NCBI RefSeq assembly: GCF_963853765.1
Contig: NC_088856.1
Span: 22,630,001-22,694,000, forward strand
Reading direction: 5' to 3'
From: Magallana gigas
Lineage: Eukaryota
Length of the DNA: 64,000 nt
Part shown: positions 26,630 to 38,438 of the stretch, piece by piece
Layout of the letters: every line of letters begins with the position of its first letter
Position numbering within the stretch: the stretch's first letter is position 1
Notes under the pieces: model-generated
What the model saw: the letters and a program-made list of their open reading frames with translations, nothing else
Told to the model about the DNA's origin: nothing
Database searches by the model: none
Position numbers and translations under genes: made by a program

Positions 26630-26951
26630 TGATTAAGAAAAGAATTGACAGAAACTTCTCGCTTTAATTACAGTTCACATTCATAGAATACACACACAAA
26701 ACCATTTTTTTTCAAATGACATTAAATTTATTTCAATATTTGAAATTGCAAAAAAAGAAGAAGAAAGAAATGGCACAAACAATTGGATTATTAATCAAAT
26801 CTGTAATCCTCTGTTTAAGTTTAATTATGTAGAAAATGAAAATGATTCTCAATTTTAATAAATTCTTCCCTATGTGTCCAATCTTAAAACTAATGAACAG
26901 AAAAGCCTGAAAGGGGCGTGGTCACGATTTTGGTCAAAAATTAATTTTCCC

Positions 26952-27120
26952 GTTTTTAACTCACCTGAACTGAAAACTCAAATTAACTTTTCTGATCACA
27001 TTTTGTCCGACGACTGTCTGTTTGTCCGTCTGTCTGTAAACGTTTTACATTTCCGACTTCTTCAGAAGAACTGAGTCGATTTCAATCGAATTCGGAATAA
27101 AACATTCTTAGGTGAATGGT
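26952..27120. mobile_element. Terminus of a Helentron/HINE-like non-autonomous element
   Basis: TTTTAACTCACCTGAACTGAAAACTCAAATTAACTTTTCTGATCAC followed by a GTCC/GTCT microsatellite-like tract, recalled as a typical end of oyster Helentron-derived repeats. Confidence 0.55.
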
Positions 27121-28913
27121 GCATGTACTTATTGACAATTTGCTGTTAAATTAAATTAAAGATAAAGCGACTGCGGATTTTGATTGCTCAAATAATCTCA
27201 TAGAACGTTTTAACAAAGTAATGTTGTTTAGGAGTTCATCATAATGTCTAACAGTAAAAGCTTTGAAATGAGTACAATTTGAGTGTATTATTAATAGAGC
27301 AAGATTGATATAGAGTGATGCTCATTCACATTAAACCGACATGAAAAATGCTTGATGTGTTAGTATGTAATCCAACAATGACGCTCCTTAAGCTTTGCTA
27401 TAACCGACTGAGCAAAGAAAACTCAAATCCTTCCACCACGTCCTATGACTTGAAATACAGAGTACGGATTGTGACGTCATCAAATCCAAAACTCATGATC
27501 CTCCTGTGGGTCAACTCGTTAGATGACTAAACTTTAAGTAGAAACTACATACAGATGGTAAATTTCAACTGTCATTCATTTTCATTTGAACTGAAATGTG
27601 CGTTTATTTTTGGTTTGTGCCAAACTCAGTTGCTTTTTCATTTTGCATCCGATTGTAATGAAAATTAACGTAGGTGAATATGCGTTAATGGACGGTGTTC
27701 ATATTCATAAATATTTGAATGAAGACAATTTCAAGGTTCCATTAAATTATGATCGACCAGTAATGGACCAGTGTCGCTATATGAGAACAGTCTGTTGTAG
27801 ACAAATTTTCATGTAAGCTTCTAACTTGTTACTTTATATTGCTGATATGTTGCTATTTCGTCGTAAATAAAATAATTTGAAGTTAATAATTTGGTTTTTT
27901 TCTGTTCTACAATATTTGATAAAAAAATGTTTTATATCAGTGGAAAAGAATAGCGATGATTGAATAGCGATGGTAAATACATGTATATCTTATATAACAC
28001 TGAGTTATCATGTTTCCAAAATATATCAGAAGGGTTGCACGACTGTTGATGTCCGAACTGAGTTTTTTAATCTTCAGATCATAATTAAAATGAAAACTAA
28101 GTTTGAATAAAATTATTTGCATAGTAACATTCTGATGTAACAAAATACGGTATGTGTAAATCATATTTATGACTATGCATTTAAATAAAATGTTAATTCT
28201 TGTGATCTTGGAAACTATTGGTTATCAAATGTTTGAAATTCTAATGGCATTCTGATCCCAAATCAAGTTTCATTGAGAAAATGATACATTGCACCGAATA
28301 ACATAAAACATTTCTATGAGGGCGTAAGTTAGGCAAGTTATCTGCTACGATGTTTACTTCCTCTCTTTATCGGAAACTATTTTGTGTTTTATGCAAGACA
28401 TCATCTTAACCCATATACTAGTTGAATATTCGTACACAGAAAGTTTACTATAATTTCTCATGCAAAATTTGAGCAAGGGCATAGTGACGCAGAACTTTCC
28501 ATCTCTACATGATATATTTCTAAAGTTGAAGGAAATACAAATTTTGTCGCATCAAGTTAACTAATTCTTTATTTGTACCATGTACTGCATTGTTGTTGTT
28601 TTTTAAATATTTGACCCCCCCCCCTCCCCACCATTATAGTTGAATTTTTTATAGGAAGTCTTCCCATCCACCCACTTTGGAAAGCTTTGCTACGTGCCAA
28701 ATTTGTTATGAACGATAACCCATTCGCTGCATTTTTAAAAGAAGTATTAAGTAGATAGAAGTTACTACGTATGATTGTCGTCGAGTTCCGAATTTCGAGA
28801 AAACATTAATAGAAACTTAAAAAAATCTTTTTTTTTAAAGGATAAGAATATTAGTGAACTAACTATAAATTTAAATAAATATTAAAGAAGCAAAAAAATT
28901 ATAACATAAATTT

Positions 28914-29030
28914 TACTGTTCCTGGGTTTGTTTGTTTGTTTTATCACAAATTAGTTTCCATCCCATTTCCTGACAATCGTTTTTTTGTAGCTTTTTAGTA
29001 GAAATATCATGCTGTTTGGTCCCATGCTAA
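28914..29030 (-). pseudogene. Decayed C1qDC exon-2 relic
   Basis: Minus strand CTA AAA AGC TAC AAA...TGT CAG GAA ATG GGA TGG AAA CTA ATT TGT resembles LRSYKNTCREIGWEPTC. It is frameshifted, with a donor-like GGAACA|GTAAAA. Confidence 0.6.
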
Positions 29031-29260
29031 CTATGACACTATAATATAGTGATATTTTAAGTCTGATTTTCAAAAGGTAGGAACAATTGAAACAAAGAAT
29101 AGTCCAATAGATATGTTGCAGTAACTACTCTTAAACCCTTATAAAAAACAAAACAAAACAAACACGATATAAACATATATGAACAGAATGTTTATTGAAG
29201 ACAGTCTTCAAAATTTGATCATATTTCTAACAAAGCAATGTTCACAATTAGAAAGTGAAA

Positions 29261-31344
29261 TCATTTGTCAGAAATTTTGAATCCGCTCAAGAAAGTATAG
29301 TCGTTGTGTATGTAGGCTACATGACTATCATAATTAGGTGTCCAAAATTGACTTCCCTTCTTCATTCTTATTACAAGGTTTCCAGTAGTACTTGCCCAAG
29401 TTGCAGACTGTGCAAAAATGCCCGTCCAGACAATTTGCTTGTCATCAACAAATCTGCCAATAAACACCGTTGCGCCTTTTTTTGTCATATAGGTCCAAGT
29501 AAACGAATACACGCCATCCACTGGAGCCGTGAATTTTCCCGTGTTTGTGTCATACCCTTCGCCAATGTTTGTGATTCCGTGATCATACATGATTATCTGA
29601 TTCTTTTGAATACTTGAAATAGATTTCTTCAGATCAACATGGAAGGCAACAGTGGTACCTTAAATACAAGAAATATTAAATGATAGGTTTGTTTTTAATA
29701 AAACAAAAACTTTGAAAAAAAATAGTGTTAATCAAAATACTATATAAATACATATAATATAATTAATATCATCTCTGTATGATAAATTCGTTTTCATTAA
29801 AAGGACAAGGTCACAACTATTTCCCCAATTTTACTTTTCAATTTTTAATGTTTTCTATGCTTGTTTAAGGAATTCGGTTTTTTAATTTTAAAGTGAGATA
29901 CAGAGCCTTTATTTCATAGTAACGTAAACAAAGCTCATGCAATGTTTATGTTTACATAGGTTGTATTTACTGGTAAAAACTTGTTTTCTATGTAAAATTT
30001 ACCTGTAAGTTTATAACAGACATAATTTTACAGTTTTTAACGCTTCACTAATTTTGTTTCGAGTAAACATACGAATACAAATGGATAAATAAGCAAAAAT
30101 GAAAACTTGACTATCTACATAATGTCAAAATGCTCGGACAAAACAAAATCATTTGACTTGCTCCTTATAAAAACCAATCAAGACATTTGATTAAAAATAA
30201 ACACATATTTATTTGTTCTTTAAGGATATACAGAGCGAATTACAGAATTGAAGCGAGTCAGAGTAAATTAAAGGATATTGTGACAAGACGTTTTATCATA
30301 CCATATGGCCTGAGGGCGCAGCGATCACAAGATCAAGCCGAAACTGTCATAAGATCATGACTTTTCAAAATGATTTCCGAGATAAATGGCGCAATATTAT
30401 GCACATGTTTCGATTTTTGAATCGTTTTCAAATCGTTTAGTGTTTTATTTGATGAGTGCTTTTTACTTCCTTTTTATGAATAGTTCATTAGTCTATCTTT
30501 TGCTTTACCTTTCGATAAAAGAAAATCATTCTCCAAATAAATTTATATATTTAGTGAAATACGATTTAAAAAATGCTAACACATGTTACATTCAGGAATA
30601 AGAAAAGCTAGCGTAGTTTAGAAAGAAATCATGACTATATTATCTCAAGATATAAAGTTGGAGGGGTAGCTATAGTTGGCTAACATATTTTTTCATTGAT
30701 AAAATAATTTAAGACAAAGCACAACTATTTGATAAAATAAGACGGTCCAATCTCCTCCCCTTTATTTTAAACATAAGCAATCGAATAGACTGTTTGCAGC
30801 AGATCCCTTCATTATTTATCTATTCAAGCTTATAGTCTTACAAATTTCCTATTTCAACGATATTTAATCATAATTTGAAAACATAAAAATAAAAAATGAA
30901 AATCTAAATAATTAATAAAATCCAAATTTTATGCGAAAAATCTAAATGCTCCTTTCAAAAGGAAACAAACAGAAAAGAAATGAAAAATCGTTGTGAGAAG
31001 ACCTTAGAATTAATAAATATTAAACAACCTAAGTTAAAAGCATTAGACGTGTATACGATATTTATAGCTTATCATTACTATTCCGGGTCCTTCTTTCACA
31101 GGTTGGTTCCCATCCTATTTCCCGACAAGTGTTTTTGTAGCTCCTTAGTCTTTTTACAAACGAACTGTTGTCGTTGTTCTCAGCTAACGTCATATAGAGA
31201 AGAGTAAGGCCGACAACCACACATGTCCTCAGTCCCTGAGAATATCCTTATATACTATACACACTATTTTATATTTAATTTCAAATTTGATTTGTTAAAA
31301 TTCACCCCTTAAAAAATTACACAAACTATTTTTCAACTTACCAT
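29261..31344 (-). CDS. C1qDC gene D, secreted gC1q protein of about 185 aa; exons 31342-31344, 31079-31235, 29261-29658
   Basis: ATG|GTAAGT, ctcag|GGA, AAT A|GTAATG and tttaag|GT ACC. Both coding exons are open (ORF track 29261-29590 extends to the acceptor at 29658). AATAAA at 29191-29196 on the minus strand. Confidence 0.88.
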
Positions 31345-31410
31345 TTTTCTGAACAGATTGCGAATTCAAAAGCACACCAACAAGTTGCAATGTGCAGTAT
31401 ATCTCTCTAA

Positions 31411-31418
31411 CTTATATA
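31411..31418 (-). promoter_or_regulatory. TATA-like box of gene D (homologs: A 1181-1189, B 8130-8136, F 44894-44900; variant in C at about 16241-16249)
   Basis: TATATAAG, TATAAAT or TATAAAA about 65-90 nt upstream of the ATG. Weak on its own in AT-rich DNA but positionally conserved. Confidence 0.45.
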
Positions 31419-33058
31419 CATGGTTCCTTCTAAATGTGTCATTAAAATGAAAAACAAAACATCAATATCACATTTCCTAAACATGTTGTGCACGCAAGAT
31501 AAAAATATTTTTTAAGAGATATTGGGTTGGATGTTTTTCAGAAAACTAATACTGATAGAGCGAGCTTCAGTAGCAGTAAATGATGCATTACTCAAAATTA
31601 GCAAATTCACAAAACAAAACAAAATCACCTTGAAGTTTGTGCAAATAAGGGAAATATAAGATCGGTTGATCGGTATATGAAAATTATTGTTTGTTAAACA
31701 TTTTAATTTTTAAAGTAATATTGATAGTCATATCTTTTTTAGACTTAATTAACCTTCTTAAAACTTCTTGAAACAGATAATCGTTGTAGAATTAACGGAA
31801 ATGATCAGATTATATTGAATTTTGAAACCATAATTTGAGTAGCTTTCTTTCGAAATAAAAAGGAAATTAACTGCTAGAAAATTAATATCTTCAATTTAAT
31901 GCAGATATGAAAAATAAGCTGTTGTTCATAAGGTTAACTTTTAGAAAGGTCCGTCATAAGACAAAATGTTTACAAAAAAAATCAAATTACATGTAAAGTA
32001 TTTGTTGTTGCCGAGCGTGCTTTAATTTCATGTTTTACTATGACCAGTTATAGGTATTTTCTCGGAGGGGAAGGGGGGTGGTTAATGGACAGAGGGTGCA
32101 TCTACTCCTTAATACTCAATTATACGCCTGCCATATACGTCAACAATATTAGCAATGACTTATCATATTTTATAACACAAAAGATAAAATTGACTGGAAA
32201 ACTTCATCAATGCCCGTAACGTATTCCTAACTATAACAAGAGCAATTAATAAAATTACCATTCCTTGGAAAATGTAGTTTAATAGTGAAAAACAGTGCAA
32301 TAATGTTAATGTCAAAAAACAATCATTGTATATATGATTGCAAAACAAAATGAAGGAATACATTTTCTTAATGAGTTCCGATATTTTTAAGTACGAAATT
32401 CCATACTGACCACAGATGATAATTTAAATAATCAATGTTGTTATGAAAATATAGAAGAATAAAGTTTAAGGATTTTTTATTCTCTGTTTAGATATACTAA
32501 TAGTTAATAACAGGTAGTTAAAGTTAATTTATCTGCGGTTATTATGTCCGCTGTTCAGTTATGTTGGGGGTATTGTTGTGATAAGATGTCTGATACTGTA
32601 ACGATATTGAATTTAACACACGTTACGTGTTTTACCTAGTAAAAACATTACAGACAGGTTTTCTATCTTTGGTATGCTAACAGTAAATAGATAAAAAGTT
32701 GTAAATATCTAATTTTTTCATAAAGATAACACAAACAGTAGACTGTCACAATAATCACTTTTATTATCAGTTCGTATTGTCATTAAACATAAAGACCAAA
32801 TTTCATTCAATGAAGAAAAGAAAACTCTTATTTGTCAGTTTTTTTATTACTGCACGAGAAAACCTTAAGCTTTTAAAAATTACTTTCCATGTAGACCATA
32901 TTTCTATTTTTTCCTTTTCCTCCCGCTAAATTAAAACGTTGAATCTTTTTGCTTGAAATCTCTGGTTTTACTACAGTATCTTGTTTTCTAAAAAAAATTG
33001 GAGCTAGAAGTCTCTATATTCAGCATTTATCTAATGTAAGTTGACTAACTGTTCATAG

Positions 33059-33322
33059 GAAATGTTCAATGTTATCTCCATTCGTATTGATTATCGCACC
33101 GATATTTGGCGGGACTCTGTAATGACGTGTGTTGGACAACCATCGATTCCTGACGGCTACCGACGGGCACCGCAAGTGGTACCCCTCCTACCGTCACCTT
33201 TGTCTGTAACCCCGGGTATACTCTCTCGGGCAACCCGAGATATACCTGTGATACCAATGGAACGAATCCACATTGGACAGGAAATGAGGAGTGTATTACT
33301 ATGTTCATCAAAGACGGCATTG
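33059..33322 (+). pseudogene. Sushi/CCP-domain exon, copy 2 (frameshifted)
   Basis: Paralog of 17983-18246. One frameshift after the leader and another after DGY. The second frame gives VTFVCNPGYTLSGNPRYTCDTNGTNPHWTGNEEC. Confidence 0.75.
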
Positions 33323-36300
33323 GTAAATTAAATGCATGGTTTATTTTGTAGTTTTTTAACGGTTTATACATTTTTATTTAAAATAGATACACGCATTGAT
33401 GTTTGGCTTCTTCATTTTTTAGTCTTATGAAGCATACAATTGTTTTAATATTTTTAATTTTGAAGCGTTTTTGGATTTAAACTTAAAAATATGAAAAAAG
33501 CATAAGCTTCCTTATTTATTTCTAATGTTAAATTCATTTAGTGTGTAAGATAAAAATTTCTATTTCAATTTCCCTATTCATTAAAAACAACATATTATGA
33601 TGAAAGTTCTTTTATAGTTTTACTTTCGGAGGCATACAATTTCAGATTTTGATATAAAACAGTATGTAATAACACTATTTGGTCTTTTGTTTTTCTGTTG
33701 AATATGAATTAGAGGTTTTTACGACAAAGACAAAACAGTCAGAGATTTTCTTACAAATTTATTCTCAAATTCTTAAATGGTACCTCCATTTTAACTACGA
33801 TCGGCTAAAAACCGTACTGCTGTAATTTTTTAGCTTTTTAAACTTTTAAACTGATTTTTTCTAGCAGAAATTAAACAAACAATTGAAACCATTGCCAAGC
33901 TGGAAATATTTTGATTAAATTGAAATCGAAAACATAGGCCAGATCGTTTTAAAACGTCTAAACTGATTTAAATGCATGGTTTTATCAGTATCAGACTAGT
34001 TGGACCTCAACCAAATGGGAATGTTCTAATTAGGATGTCGATTTTTTCCCTTCACGTGCATTTAAGAGTAACGTATGAATCTTGTTTGCTTCCGACAATG
34101 CTCCCCTGACTGACCTAGTTTTGACATACCTCCGCCGATGTTACATGGAAAGGGGTATCAGATGAGGAACGAAGACTGAGTCCCAGCCATCAGTTTGCTT
34201 TACTTGCAATTCGGTCTTCATCTCGTCCGGTGACCTACATGCAACTGTTATTGAATTAAAATATCTTATATCTTAAAACAAATGTTTAAACCACTATGTA
34301 ATCCTAGAAAAAAATCTTTTGCGAGGTTTCAATGGCAATAACGTGTCTTTTATAACCATTGATTCATAAAGGACAATGACAGTGAATTCTTTTTCTTTAC
34401 CTTATATTTTATCTATTTTACTTTAACTATTACTATTTTTGAAAGAATTTTCGAGAGAATTTTAGTTTATCTTAATACTATATCAGAATACTGATCATTT
34501 AAAGTAATCTTGAATATTGATATTACATGTCTTCAAATTTAGGTTGTATCTGTTGCAGGTGTTAATGCAAGTATTCAATCAGACATTGCACCAGCTCCGC
34601 CACATAAGTTTTTTTAAAGTATGTAATATCGGACTACAAACTAAACTATAATACAATGACTAAAACCGCTAGATAAATTGAAAATAATAATTTATTTTGG
34701 TTATGCTATTTTTTTAATTTTTAATTACTTTTAAATTATATTTTCTATCCTGGTCAGAGCATATAGTAAAAGAACATCTGCTAGGTTAAACATAATGCAA
34801 AAAGATTATCAAAGATAGGATGTTAACATATTTTGACAACTGGAAAATATTCATATCATATACAAACCACAATGTATGTACTTACATGTACAAGAAAACA
34901 AAATTTAAGCAAACGTCAAATGACGGCCGCAAAAACAATGTTTTAAGTTGTTATCATTAGCTTTTTTCAAATTTAGATTGATTTCACTTTTACCTATTTA
35001 TAAAATAACCTAGTTTCAATGATTATTTTTTAAGATAACATTTTCATACTTTGGTCTTCTTCAACCACATACTCTTTGAGCTCTTTCTGTGTTTAGCAGA
35101 CAAAGTATTTGATTGAACTACATGTAGACATCGTAATAACCTTACAAAAACGCACAGCTACCTTTTACTTTCATACATATTATATAACCCTTCTAGCGGC
35201 CGGTGATGAATCGGAATATAATGAAAAATGGCGAAGATAAAAGACGTCATAAAATTTTGAAAAACATAATTATTCGGAACTGTGAACTGGGTTTGATGCT
35301 ATTCTCGTGCATGACGATAATGAAAACAGCATGAAATTTCTAAACCCTTATGATGCATATATTAGGTAATATTGATTAATTGTTTTCCAATTTTTTTTTA
35401 GTTTGATTTTGGATTCTGATAGCAGTTGGTTCTTTGGTGAATATAGCCATAATATCAGTTTCATGTGTTTTCTGCTTTAAAAAGAGTTATAGGTTTCTAA
35501 AACATGCGCTCATTATTAAAGAAAATTAAGGAACCCGTTCATGTTTTTTTTTAGTTTCCGTGCTCTACGGAGTCCACAGACTTTTCCAAATTAGGATTCA
35601 CATTTCATTTAAAGTTTTTTGTTCTTTTAATAAACCTATCATTTGAAAGAATCGAATCTAAAAAATAGAAATAGTGCTTATAGAATACCTACACACTGTT
35701 TTTACATGTATAACTATGTCAAGCACAAGATATTCAGTGGAAAACTCATTTTGTATTTCAGGAAAAATAGAGTACAAAGCATAGAAACAACCAACATCGA
35801 AGACTTTCCAGTGGGTGTGCTGTGACCTGGTTTTCTTTTGATGCTAGTGGCTGCACGTGTTCTGGATATTGCTTTTTCTGTGGTTATTTTGCAGAGCCAT
35901 TGCAAATTTCTAATTTTTTTCACAATAGTCATTATTAGCATTTTTGGGGGGTATATTCTTGTATAAATAACTATTCAAAAGGTAAAATAATATTTATACA
36001 TATATATATTTTGCTATACGTATATTGTTTTGGGTTGTTTTGTATTGTTTTTGTTTTTTGTTTGTTGGGGTTTTTTTGGGGGGGGGGGGGTTGGAGGGGG
36101 TTGCTAGTTTTTTCCTTCATTTTATTTTATTTTGTCTACTACCAAACACAACATCGACACACCATTAGACAATCTCATTGATTATCTATGATGTAATTAT
36201 TAAGAAAAGGATTGACAGAAACTTCTCGCTTTAATTACAAGTAACATTCATAGAATACACACACAAAATCATTTTTTCAAATGACATGTTTAAGTTTACT

Positions 36301-37703
36301 TATATAGAAAATGAAAATGATTTTCAATTAAAAAAAAAAATTTGAACAACTTCTCTGTGTCCATTCTTAAAACTTATGAAAAGCCTTAAAGGGACATGGT
36401 CAGGGTTTCGGTCAAAATTAATTTTCCCGTTTTTAACTCACCTGATTGTAATTAAAATTAACGTAAGTGAAGATGCGTTAAAGGACGGTGTTAATTCTTA
36501 TAAATATTTAAATAAAGACATTTTAATGTTCCAGTTAATTGTGATCGACCAATAATGGACCAGTGTTGCTATGTATGAGGAGAGCCTTGTTGTAGACAGA
36601 TTTTCATATGGGCTTCTAACTTACTTTATATTGCTGATATGTTGTTATTTCGTCGTAAATAAATTAACGTAAAGTTAATCGATCATATGTTTTTTTTCTG
36701 TTCTACAATATTTGATCAAAAGAAAACAAATCTTTTTTCAGCTAGATAGAATGGTGATGATTGAATAGCGACGGTAAATGCATCTATATCTTATATAACA
36801 CTGACTTATCGTGTTTTCAAAAAATTATCAAAAGGGTAGCACGACTTACATGTCTAAACTGAATTTTTGAATTTTCAGACCATAAATTAACATGAAAACT
36901 AAGTTTGAATAAAATTATTTGCATAGGAATATTTTTATGTAACAAATAACGGTATATGTGAATCATATTACAGATTATGCATGCAATTAAAATGTTAATT
37001 TTTGGGATTTATGGTCTATCATATTGCACTTCTTAGGCATTCTGATCCCAAGTCAAGTTTCATTGTGAAAATGATACGTTGCACTGAATAACATAAAAAC
37101 ATTTTTAGGAGGACCTAAGAAATGAATGCAAGCTATCTGCTACGATGTTTACTTACTCTACTTATCGGAAACTATTTTGTGTCTTATGCAAGACATCATC
37201 TTAACCCATATACTAGTTGACTATTCGTATACAGAAAGTTTAATGTAATAATTTCTCATGCAAAATATGAGCAAGGGCATAGCCACGCTGAAATTTCTAT
37301 CTCGACATGATATTTTTTCTAAAGTTGAAGCAAATACAAATTTTGTCGCGTCAAGTTTACTAATTCGTTATTTGTACCTTGTACTTCATTGTTAATTCTT
37401 TTTTTCATGAATATTTAAAACATCCTCCCCCCACCGTTATAGTCAATTTTTTATAGTAAGTTTTCCCATCCACCCACTTTGGAAAGCTTTGCTACGTGCA
37501 AAATTAGTTAGGAACGGTAACCCAACCGCTGCATCTTTTAAAATGAGTTTACTTTTAAGTAGATATAAGTTATTATACATGAATGTCGTCGAGTGCCGAA
37601 TTTCGACACCATGAAAATCTTTTTTTTTAAGCATAAAAATCTTTATAAATTTAACTATAATTTCAAATAAATATTAAACAAGCAAAAATATTCTAACATC
37701 AAT

Positions 37704-37815
37704 TTTACTGTTCCTCGTTTTTTTTTAATCACAACTTAGTTCCTATCCCATTTTCCGACAAGCGTTTTAGCAGCTTTTTAGTAGAAATATCTTGCTGTTT
37801 GGTCCCATGCTAAAT
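37704..37815 (-). pseudogene. Decayed C1qDC exon-2 relic (second copy)
   Basis: Translates LKSC*NACRKMG*ELSCD*, colinear with LRSYKNTCREIGWEPTCE. Confidence 0.6.
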
Positions 37816-38040
37816 ATGACACTAAAATATAGTGATATTTTAAGTCTGTTTTTCGAAAGGTAGGACAAATTGAAACAAAGAATAGTCTAACAGGTATATT
37901 GCAGTAACTACTCTTAAACCCTTATTAAAAACAAAATAAAACAAACACGATATAAACACATATGAACAGAATTTTTATTGAAGAAAATTCCAAATTTTAT
38001 CATATTTCTAACAAAGCAATTTTCACCACTAAAAGTAAAA

Positions 38041-38438
38041 TCATTCGTCAGAAATTTTATATCCACTCAAGAAATTGTGGAACTGATGTATGTAGATTAC
38101 GTATTTTGCAACATAAGGTGTCCAAAATTGACTTCCCTTCTTCATTCTCACAACAAGCTGTCCAGTAGTACTTGTCCAAGTTGCAGATTGATCATGCATG
38201 CCCGTCCAGACAATTTGCTTGCCATCCACAAATCCACCATTATACGCCTTTGCTCCTTTTTTTGTCCTATAGGTCCAAGTGAATGAATACACTCCATCCA
38301 CTGGAGTCGTGAATTTACCGGTAGTTTTGTCATATTCTTCGCCAATGTTTGTGATAACAGCGTCATACTTGATTATCTGATTATGTTAAAGATATGAGAT
38401 AGAATTCTTCAGATTAATATGGAAGGCAACAGCACTAC
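38041..38438 (-). pseudogene. C1qDC E: orphan gC1q exon with one in-frame stop
   Basis: Acceptor attaaag|GT AGT at 38439/38438 starts a 398-nt exon. TCA became TAA at 38386-38388 and the rest is open to TGA at 38041. No recognisable exon 1 or 2 between 38440 and 43400. Confidence 0.85.

Larger units (their letters stand above)
14270..29658. repeat. Tandem segmental duplication, unit 1 (paralog 29659-38438)
   Basis: Colinear blocks: 14.27-14.62 kb with 29.66-29.97, 15.65-19.34 with 30.76-34.43, 24.29-25.99 with 34.43-36.2, 26.63-26.97 with 36.2-36.45, and 27.65-29.66 with 36.45-38.44. The length difference is mostly explained by the 4.9-kb transposon, a 0.64-kb MITE, a 0.69-kb deletion in unit 2 and a 146-bp local duplication. 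Confidence 0.9.
29659..38438. repeat. Tandem segmental duplication, unit 2 (8.78 kb)
   Basis: See unit 1. It carries the empty TTAA site. Confidence 0.9.
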
